Shown here: in pieces, positions 43,706 through 50,253 of the stretch
Layout of the letters: each line of letters starts with the position of its first letter
How positions within the stretch are numbered: position 1 is the stretch's first letter
Sequence record: KY555145.1
Direction: 5' to 3' (one strand)
Length of the DNA: 64,000 nucleotides
Made by a program: the position numbers and the translations under genes
The notes under the pieces: generated by a model
What the model was told of the DNA's origin: nothing
Databases searched by the model: none
Seen by the model: the letters and a program-made list of their open reading frames with translations, nothing else

Positions 43706-44368
43706 GGGGGCTACGGGCCGTCCTCCTGCGTTAGCCCCGCCGCCGCGCCTTCCAGGCGGCGAAGGTCGGGACGGAGCCGAAGGCGAGCCGGCCGAGGCAG
43801 CGGTTGGCGAGCAAAAGGAGAACCCGGCGAGCGGCGGAAGGCGAGTTCCTCGCCCTCGAACTCGGAAAGCACGTGGTGATGCCGGAACCACCGCGTTCGC
43901 GCGGACGTCTGGACGTTGCTAGGCGTAAGGCTGGCCTGCCGAGAAATGGAAACGGCCGGGGCGGGCGGGACTTGATCTCGTCCGCCTTTCCGCCTAAGCT
44001 TCCCTCATTGCAGGCGCAGCACCGCCCTTCGCTAACGGCCCCGAGGGGTACGCAAGGGCTAGAAGCCTTGCCTGGGACAGGACTGCCTCTGATCCAGGAA
44101 CGCCCTGGGCCGCGTAGCGCCCATGACGCGAACGCCGGCCGAGAATGGGCGACTAGGCGTGACGGCGGCCAGAGGCCGCAGCGACATTCCAAGCTCGATA
44201 GAGCGATCGGCGGGCCGGGGCGAAAGCCCTGTTTCGAGAGCCAGGGCAACCCGTCATAGGTCCTGGTCGGGCGACGAGGCAGCAAGTCCCGCGAACGGAG
44301 CCTCTGAGGTGGCGTCACCAAGATGCAGCAGACGCAAAAAGGCCCCGATCGCGAGATCGGGGCCTTTT
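43706..44368 (+). ncRNA. Unassigned ~630-nt large structured RNA candidate
   Basis: Own promoter and terminator, no credible ORF, many tetraloop hairpins, 10-bp long-range pairing 43874-43883 with 44311-44320. Confidence 0.7.
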
Positions 44369-44369
44369 C
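44336..44369. terminator. Bidirectional intrinsic terminator
   Basis: AAAAAGGCCCCGATC-GCGA-GATCGGGGCCTTTT. Confidence 0.9.
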
Positions 44370-44373
44370 ATGT

Positions 44374-44462
44374 TGGAGCTTCGGGAGGGACTCGAACCCT
44401 CATAGGTGTTCCCACCAGCAGAGATTTGCAATCCCGCGCCTAACCTCTCAGTCCACCGAAGC
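44374..44462 (-). tRNA. tRNA-Cys(GCA) with long variable arm
   Basis: Acceptor GCTTCGG/CCGAAGC, U73-CCA, anticodon loop TTGCAAA, T arm GAGGG-TTCGAGT-CCCTC, 18-nt variable region with GGTG-GGAA-CACC hairpin. Confidence 0.88.
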
Positions 44463-44645
44463 ACAAAAGGACCTCGACGCCCGAAGGCCCGAGGTCCGAT
44501 CCGTAACCAGGGGAGGGCCGTAGCTGTCCCCTGACCCTGAACGACAGGTGGCGGGCTTGGTCGTCATCCCGTCAGGCTCGCGGCGCCGCTCGCCTGAACC
44601 GCCGATATGCCACGAGGGCAGTGATCCGCAGGTCCCCACAAATAG

Positions 44646-44682
44646 CAAAAAGGCCACGATCCGCGAGGACCGTGGCCTTTTC
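44646..44682. terminator. Bidirectional intrinsic terminator (3' of GOLLD-like RNA)
   Basis: AAAAAGGCCACG...CGTGGCCTTTT. Confidence 0.85.
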
Positions 44683-44687
44683 GTTTT

Positions 44688-45560
44688 CCGACGGGCTGAG
44701 ACTACACCCATCAGCAATCCCGCTTCGAGGATTATTCCCCAGGTGCGACCCCAGGTATTCCCTCGACGTCCACCAGACCCCTTGCGGTAGTCCAGTCCGA
44801 GATCATCGCCGCCGTTCTTGCGCACCCCGAAGGGATTGCGGGTCTGGCGTTTGACCCATCATGGCGAACTACTCGACAGTTCCTTCCCCGCTGGGCTTGC
44901 GACCCACTCACCGGCGCTAACCGGCTGACGAAGCTCTTCCTATCGACACCTCGCGGGCTTGCGACCCTTGAGATGACTCCGTTACCCGAGGGCCGGAGCA
45001 TTTGGCGACTTACGTCCGCCACTGGACCAGTCTTTGCGTTTTTCATCGAAGCGGGGATTGAACCCGCGACCGACAGCTAGGACGGCTGTTGCACTACCAC
45101 TGTGCTATTCGCAAACCCACCAAGACGTGCTGGTCCAGTTGTTCCCAGAGCTTTTGACCCCAGAAATGCAACACGCCTCATATCTTTCGCCTTGCGGGCT
45201 ACTCGACTGCTCTTCAGGACCCCGTCTCCCCCGACCTTTCGGCCAGGATGCCCAGCACCCCTCGAACTGAAGCAAAGCTCTTCACCGCGAAGTGTCGAAC
45301 CCTGCAACCCAAACGGTTATCCGTACTCCCTAGACACGCTTGCACGGGATAGTCCGCTTGCGACGGACTGGCGGTTAAAGCCTCGGAGTTACCCCGGCCC
45401 CGCCTTGTCTCCCACGGTCTTCAGGTCTATCCCCTTTTGCAAGAGGCGGCCAGCTTCCCAGCCCGGACCCGTCGGCTTCCTCTGTCCTCTTGCGAGGTCG
45501 GGCGGCCTATGGGAGACCGTCCCTGTCACCCCGTCGCCGGGGCTTTCGTCAGAAGCGACG
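44688..45560 (-). ncRNA. GOLLD-like giant ornate RNA (~870 nt)
   Basis: On - strand: GAGTAGCCCGCAAGGCGAAAGATATGAGGCGTGTTGCATT...CAAAAG, a second GAGTAGTT, many GCAA/GAAA tetraloops and 3' GGGTGTAGTCTCAGCCC, all resembling recalled GOLLD consensus; flanked by promoter and terminator. Confidence 0.75.
45043..45114 (-). pseudogene. tRNA-like element embedded in GOLLD-like RNA
   Basis: Intact D arm (GCAC/GTGC), anticodon stem (ACAGC/GCTGT, loop CGTCCTA) and T arm (GCGGG-TTCAATC-CCCGC), but only a 4-bp acceptor stem and no CCA. Confidence 0.75.
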
Positions 45561-45565
45561 ATGAC

Positions 45566-45594
45566 GTTCTAGCGACAGCCCACGTCGTCGTCAA
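45566..45594 (-). promoter_or_regulatory. Sigma73-type promoter TTGACG-N15-GCTAGAAC for GOLLD-like RNA
   Basis: Near-perfect Caulobacter housekeeping consensus on - strand. Confidence 0.8.
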
Positions 45595-45650
45595 CGACTT
45601 TTTACATCCCGGCGCGGAATTTTTTCGACAGTCGTGGATGACGACAGTGC

Positions 45651-45679
45651 TTGACATTCTCGTAGACCCATGCTAGGTG
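45651..45679 (+). promoter_or_regulatory. Promoter TTGACA-N15-GCTAGGTG for tmRNA
   Basis: Divergent from the GOLLD promoter. Confidence 0.7.
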
Positions 45680-45681
45680 TC

Positions 45682-46058
45682 GAAAATCGTTGTAATTCGG
45701 ACAACGGAACTGGCGGCAAGACAGGGGTGCGAATCCCCTCGCCTCCACCATCGACGCCCGGCGCTGGGAGTACGCGACTCCTGGGCAGGGAGTGTTACCC
45801 TGGCGGGCTGCGGCCCGAGCCAAAGGTAGCCGGGCGTCGTTGATGGGGGCGACTAGCTTTCGATTGGCGCTCGGGACTGAAAGACGCAACGGTGGGTGAC
45901 CTCCACATCGGCTTGCCGGTGATCGGGTCAGGCAACAGTAAATGTCGCCGACAATGACAACGACGTCGTGGCTTTCGCCTCGGCTCGTGAAGCCATCGCC
46001 GCCTAATAAGCGGTAGAGGAGCCCGCCGGGAGCTTGGCAACAGAATCCCGGCAACCCC
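45682..46058 (+). ncRNA. ssrA: Circularly permuted two-piece tmRNA
   Basis: Acceptor piece ends AGGGG-TGCGAAT-CCCCT-CGCCTCC-A-CCA (45750); coding piece starts GGGGGCG (45845), giving a G3.U70 pair; resume context AACAGTAAATGTC-GCC; tag frame 45947-46006 encodes ADNDNDVVAFASAREAIAA-stop-stop; 3' GGCAACAGAA motif. Confidence 0.92.
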
Positions 46059-46187
46059 CTTTCGCAGGCGGGAACACCAACAGGCGATCTGTCGGGCGAC
46101 CGATTTCCGATCCGTGTTCCCGTCTTCGAAAGGTGGTCAGGCCTACCCTCTTGGTGTGCTATCCAAGGGTCTGGCCACTTTACAGAA

Positions 46188-46266
46188 CGCGGGGTAGAGG
46201 AGTCCGGTTGTCCTCGTCTGGCTCATAACCAGGAGATCGTGGGTTCAAATCCCACTCCCGCTCCCA
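46188..46266 (+). tRNA. tRNA-Met(CAT), initiator-like
   Basis: CGCGGGG acceptor with C1xU72 mismatch, loop CTCATAA, T arm GTGGG-TTCAAAT-CCCAC, CCA end. Confidence 0.88.
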
Positions 46267-46270
46267 ATGC

Positions 46271-46549
46271 GAACGCCGGCTGTTGAGAACGACGGCGTGA
46301 CAAGCTCGGAGAGAACGAGCACTCCAGTCCGGGGTATGAGGCCGGACTAGCGGACGCCGTAGCGATTGCAGGCGTGACACCCGGAGATAGCGGGACCGAT
46401 TTTCCAGGCTCCATGCCCGGCGCGTCGGGGGCGGACCGTTAATCCGCCCGGCGTCAGAGGATGAGGCTAGTTCTCGGCGATGAAGCTGCGCGCGCAGTGA
46501 GAAAGCCAGGGCATGGCGCTTGGAAAGTCGGTTCGCGGTTCGTCCGCTA
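46271..46549 (+). ncRNA. Structured spacer RNA: two tandem motif copies plus long rod-like stem
   Basis: GRACGCC...GGCGTGACA-hairpin twice; 23/24-bp stem 46395-46418 with 46509-46532; 9-bp stem 46348-46356 with 46541-46549. Confidence 0.55.
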
Positions 46550-46554
46550 CGAGA

Positions 46555-46628
46555 TGGAGATGTCGCCGGTTCGAGTCCGGCAGGTCCCCCAAAAGGAGGC
46601 CTTAGCTCAGTCGGTAGAGCGCTCCTAT
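46555..46628 (+). pseudogene. tRNA 3' half followed by tRNA 5' half (permuted order)
   Basis: 46555-46591 = anticodon-stem strand, variable loop, T arm GCCGG-TTCGAGT-CCGGC, acceptor AGGTCCC; 46596-46628 = GAGGCCT-TA-GCTC-AGTCGGTA-GAGC-G-CTCC. Confidence 0.6.
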
Positions 46629-46637
46629 CCCACCTTT

Positions 46638-46722
46638 GGTACGGTGGCTCGACAGGTAAGGCATCGGCCTCATAAGCCGAGGGTTCGTCCCAATCCTGGT
46701 TCAAATCCAGGTCGTACCTCCA
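46638..46722 (+). tRNA. tRNA(CAT), Met or Ile2, with long variable arm
   Basis: Acceptor GGTACGG/TCGTACC, U73-CCA, TCGGC-CTCATAA-GCCGA, 14-nt variable region GGG-TTCGT-CCC-AAT, T arm CCTGG-TTCAAAT-CCAGG. Confidence 0.88.
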
Positions 46723-46795
46723 ATCGACGCTTGACCCCAGGCCGCAGGCTGCTAAGCTTCCCCGGTCGGGATCGTCCCGCGTCCTTTCCAAGGTC

Positions 46796-46828
46796 AAGCC
46801 CCCGGAGCCTCGCTTCGGGGGCTTTTCA
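46796..46828. terminator. Intrinsic terminator closing the RNA island
   Basis: AAGCCCCCGGAG...CTTCGGGGGCTTTT. Confidence 0.85.
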
Positions 46829-47179
46829 GTTCTCGACCACCCGCAGGCGCCGGGCTTCGTTGGCGCGCTCCTCCGCCGCCACGCGCGAGACGTCTTGCAG
46901 ATGCGCCTTGGCGATCAGGTCGGGTGCGCCCACGGCCCGGAAGGGCACCTTGACGGAGAGGTCGACATAGCGCCGCAAGAGCGGCTCGAACTCCAGCCCT
47001 CGCGCCTGGGCGATCCGCGACAAGGCGCCGGCGACGATCGCCACGACCAGGACGTTGGTCGGTGTCTCCTTGGTCAGGGTCCAGATGCCCGGTATCGATT
47101 GTCCAGGATGAAGCTCCTGCCGCGACACGTCGTCGGCGGCGGCGCGGAAGAGGTTCTCGTAAGGGACGTTTTCGAGCAT
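46826..47179 (-). CDS. Hypothetical protein
   Basis: Likely start MLENVPYE at 47179; codon usage becomes phage-like only from there. Confidence 0.65.
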   Translation of the reverse strand: MLENVPYENLFRAAADDVSRQELHPGQSIPGIWTLTKETPTNVLVVAIVAGALSRIAQARGLEFEPLLRRYVDLSVKVPFRAVGAPDLIAKAHLQDVSRVAAEERANEARRLRVVEN

Positions 47180-47258
47180 GCAACAACGATAGCGATCTTT
47201 TGCCGCCTGTCTACCCTCTACTCTTGATAGTAGTAAAGCGTTGATTTCAACACAAGCG

Positions 47259-47645
47259 CTAAAGACGCCCGCCGTAATAGTCCCGCCACATCCCCTCCCA
47301 GTAGTCGATGTGCTTCTCGGTGCAGTCCGGGCAATACCGACGGTCCCGGTTGGGGTCCTCGCCCTTGCCATCCCAGTGGTAGCAGGTCATTGAGCCGACC
47401 ATCCCCAGGCTCCAGAACGTCCCGCAGTGTTCGCATCCCCCAAGGGCGATGTTCTGCATCGTCCGGTGGTGGTTCCACTTGCAGAGCCAGTTGAACCAGA
47501 GTTCATAATAGAGGGCGTCGCGGATGCTGCTGTACTGGGTGAGGCGGACCTGAACGACCTTGCGCCGGCCGTTAGGCTTCAGGTCGCGGTCATAGGTCGG
47601 CCTGTAGAAGACTTTGATCTTCGGAAACCAGCGGCGTTTCTTCAC
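47259..47645 (-). CDS. Hypothetical protein with Cys motifs
   Basis: GTG overlaps the SNF2 stop; CEHCG and CPDC pairs suggest Zn binding. Confidence 0.65.
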   Translation of the reverse strand: MKKRRWFPKIKVFYRPTYDRDLKPNGRRKVVQVRLTQYSSIRDALYYELWFNWLCKWNHHRTMQNIALGGCEHCGTFWSLGMVGSMTCYHWDGKGEDPNRDRRYCPDCTEKHIDYWEGMWRDYYGGRL

Positions 47646-49588
47646 GTGTCCATGACCTTTGCGATGTTGTCTTCCTTCTCCTTGGCGGCCTGGGCGATGC
47701 GCGCGTCGAGCGAGCCGTTCGCCACCAGGAAGAAGCACATGATTTTCTCGGCCGTCTGCCCGATCCGGCAGGCGCGGTCCTCGGCCTGCTCGATCAGGGT
47801 CGGCGTCCAGTCCCCCTCGGCGAACGCCACGTCATGCGCCCGCGTCATGGTGAAGCCTACACCGGCGGCCTGGAGGTTACAAACGATGACCCGGCAGGAC
47901 TCGTCGTCCTGGAACTTGTCGACCTGAAGCTGGCGCTTGTTGACGGGGGTCCCGCCATAGATCATCGCCGGATTGTAATCCGCCAGCGCCTCGGCGAGCG
48001 CCTTGACGACGTCGGAGTGGTAGGCGAACAGGATCAGCTTGTCGCCGCCGTCGAGGAAGTTCTTGACCCAGGGGATGATCGCCGGGAGCTTGGCCATCCC
48101 CAGTTCGCGGCGGACGGCGGCGATCTCCTCGAACAGCACCGCCACGGCCGGCGGCGCGAGCCCCAGCACGGCGGCGGCGTAGTCGAGATTGAGCGCCCGC
48201 GAGTTGGGCTTGTCAGGATCACCGTCCTGTCCCACCGCCTTGTCGAAGCCGTAGCGCTGGGCCGTCTCCAGGATCGACAGACCCAGGCGGATGTCGCGCT
48301 GGTCCTCGGTCTCGTTCTCGCCGGCCAGCACCGTGGCCTCGTAGAGCTTCAGCGCCTGGGAAAGCTCGTCCTCGCGCGCCACGACCTCGCGGATTTCCGG
48401 GCTGTCGAGGAGGACGATCTGGCGGAACTTCGGCGGAAGCTCGGGCAGCACCTCGCGCTTGTTCCGCCGCACCATGAAGGTCGAGCGCAGCCGATAGCCC
48501 AGTTCCTCCAGGTTGGAGGCCCCGGTGAAATTATAGGCGCCGTGCTTGCCGCGCGTGTTGTCGAACCAGCCCTCGCAGTAGCGGTAGCCGAAGTCGTTGT
48601 AGCTCTTCCCCAGGCCATCGGGATCGAAGGCCTTGACGATCGACCACATCTCGATCGGGCGGTTCATCATCGGCGTGCCCGACAGGAACACGCGGCGCTT
48701 GGCGTCGACCGGGTTGAACCAAATGTCGGCCAGCACCGGCTCGCGGTTCTCGGCCTCGGCCTTCTTGATCTCGGCGGCGTTGGCTTCCTTGCGCTTCTTG
48801 CGCACCGCCGCCTTCGAGCGCGCATCCATCTGCTCGCCGCCGAGGATGAAGATCGTGCGCCCGCTGTCGGGGGTCTTGATCGCGTGACATTCGTCGCAGA
48901 CCAGGAGGTCCCACGGCTGCTCGTGGATTTCCTTGGAGAAGCGCTCCAGGATGTCGTAGTTGATGATCACGACATCGGTCTTGGGCCACCAGCGCGGGTG
49001 GACGACCTTCTTGAAACGCGGCTTGCCGTTCTTGTAGAAGCCGTCGCGCACGGTCTCGCGATAGCGCGTCTCGGCGATCCCGACGCTCAGGCCCTTGCTG
49101 CACCAGAGCAGCCATTCGCGCCGCCAGTTCTCCTTCAGCGAGGCGGGGACCACCACCAGCACGCGGCGGATTTTCTTGATCGCGTTGGAGACGCCGATCG
49201 CCTGGATCGTCTTGCCCAGCCCCGGCGGATCGGCGATCAGGGTGTCGCGCCGCCCCGGCAGGGTGGCGAAGTCGATCCCGGCGCGTTGGAAGGGCTTGAA
49301 GTCCCAGCCCTTGGCCTCGACCGCCTTGGAGATCGGCGGCCAGAAATCGCAGTCGGCCTTGTAGGAGAGCGCCCGGCTGATGTTGGCCAGATGCTCGCGG
49401 CGTCCCAGTTCGTCGAGCGCGTTGGTCTTCCAGACCACGCCGGGCACCGCTAGGGCGACAGCCGGGTTGTGGGTGATCAGCGCCCGGCGGGGCGGGCTCC
49501 AGGTGAAGCCGGCCTCCTGGAACCGCTTGCGGTCTTCCCATTCGGTGACGGCCCAGAAGTAGCCGTCGCGATAGTCGATAAAAGCCAT
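47642..49588 (-). CDS. SNF2/HARP-like helicase
   Basis: LIADPPGLGKTIQAI, VVINYDIL, CDECH, LSGTPMMNRP, FMVRR.K..VLPELP, AAGVG.T.TRA, QAEDRA.RIGQ. Confidence 0.93.
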   Translation of the reverse strand: MAFIDYRDGYFWAVTEWEDRKRFQEAGFTWSPPRRALITHNPAVALAVPGVVWKTNALDELGRREHLANISRALSYKADCDFWPPISKAVEAKGWDFKPFQRAGIDFATLPGRRDTLIADPPGLGKTIQAIGVSNAIKKIRRVLVVVPASLKENWRREWLLWCSKGLSVGIAETRYRETVRDGFYKNGKPRFKKVVHPRWWPKTDVVIINYDILERFSKEIHEQPWDLLVCDECHAIKTPDSGRTIFILGGEQMDARSKAAVRKKRKEANAAEIKKAEAENREPVLADIWFNPVDAKRRVFLSGTPMMNRPIEMWSIVKAFDPDGLGKSYNDFGYRYCEGWFDNTRGKHGAYNFTGASNLEELGYRLRSTFMVRRNKREVLPELPPKFRQIVLLDSPEIREVVAREDELSQALKLYEATVLAGENETEDQRDIRLGLSILETAQRYGFDKAVGQDGDPDKPNSRALNLDYAAAVLGLAPPAVAVLFEEIAAVRRELGMAKLPAIIPWVKNFLDGGDKLILFAYHSDVVKALAEALADYNPAMIYGGTPVNKRQLQVDKFQDDESCRVIVCNLQAAGVGFTMTRAHDVAFAEGDWTPTLIEQAEDRACRIGQTAEKIMCFFLVANGSLDARIAQAAKEKEDNIAKVMDT

Positions 49589-49639
49589 GGGCGCCGCACG
49601 TGGTTAACGCGCGGACTGTCGCCCATCATGACACTAGAT

Positions 49640-49654
49640 GTCAAGATTCATGAC
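49640..49654 (-). promoter_or_regulatory. Phage promoter motif copy in divergent promoter region
   Basis: GTCAAGATTCATGAC on +. Confidence 0.65.
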
Positions 49655-49726
49655 TTGACCCAAGGCGTTAACCATGTCACGTTCGCCGCACGGCCGAGAG
49701 ATCGGCCGGTCACAAGGAGAACTATC

Positions 49727-50026
49727 ATGACCCTGATCGTCAAGATCATGTCGGGCGAGGACCTGCCCGACACCGCGCCCGAAAAGCGCTTCACCCTCCA
49801 CGCCGGCGTCAAATCCTTCCATCCGGTGGTCCAGTCCCCGGAGGCTCCCGGCGGCCACCCCTATTGCTATGTCCGGCTCTACATCGCCGACCCGGTCAAG
49901 ACCGCCGCCGTGCCCGGCTTCGTCGAGCATGAGGTCACGGTCGAGGCGCCGGGCAACGTCTACGTGATGAACGAGGCCGGCAAGACCATCGCCACCTGGA
50001 CCCCGCCCTGCGGCAAGCCGAACTAG
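49727..50026 (+). CDS. Hypothetical protein
   Basis: AAGGAGA RBS; 99 aa ending VYVMNEAGKTIATW. Confidence 0.75.
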   Translation: MTLIVKIMSGEDLPDTAPEKRFTLHAGVKSFHPVVQSPEAPGGHPYCYVRLYIADPVKTAAVPGFVEHEVTVEAPGNVYVMNEAGKTIATWTPPCGKPN

Positions 50027-50253
50027 AGTTGCGCAGCGGCTTCCGGGTCTTCCGGATGCCATCCCAAACGTTGAAGGGCGGCCACGACATCAAGGGCGGG
50101 GCCGCCCTTTTTCTCGGTGCCCAGCAGGAGGAAGACGAACCGCTCGCCCTTGGGCGCCTTGAACGTCGCCCGGAAGGGACCCATCTCGGTGTCCATTTCG
50201 ATCGTGCAGGTGGTCATGGTGGCGCAGTCGCCGGTCTTCATCGCGATCATCAC
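50023..50253 (-). CDS. Hypothetical protein
   Basis: 76 aa, overlaps the upstream stop. Confidence 0.6.
   Translation of the reverse strand: MMIAMKTGDCATMTTCTIEMDTEMGPFRATFKAPKGERFVFLLLGTEKKGGPALDVVAALQRLGWHPEDPEAAAQL

Noticed and set aside
43804-44259. 151-aa ORF and other short ORFs in 43.7-46.8 kb (e.g. 45102..45572, 45795..46040, 46461..46970)
   Set aside because: TTG or poor starts, no RBS, codon usage unlike phage genes, and they overlap recognisable RNA genes.
44590-44640. HDV-like ribozyme suggested by GGGGACC...GCCCTCGTGGC on the - strand
   Set aside because: No P1 3' strand (GGTCCCC) follows P3, so the double pseudoknot cannot form.
46540-46591. Complete tRNA-Arg(ACG) gene
   Set aside because: CTACGAG loop and T arm are present, but there is no D arm or 5' acceptor strand upstream and the loop would be 8 nt; treated as a 3' half only.
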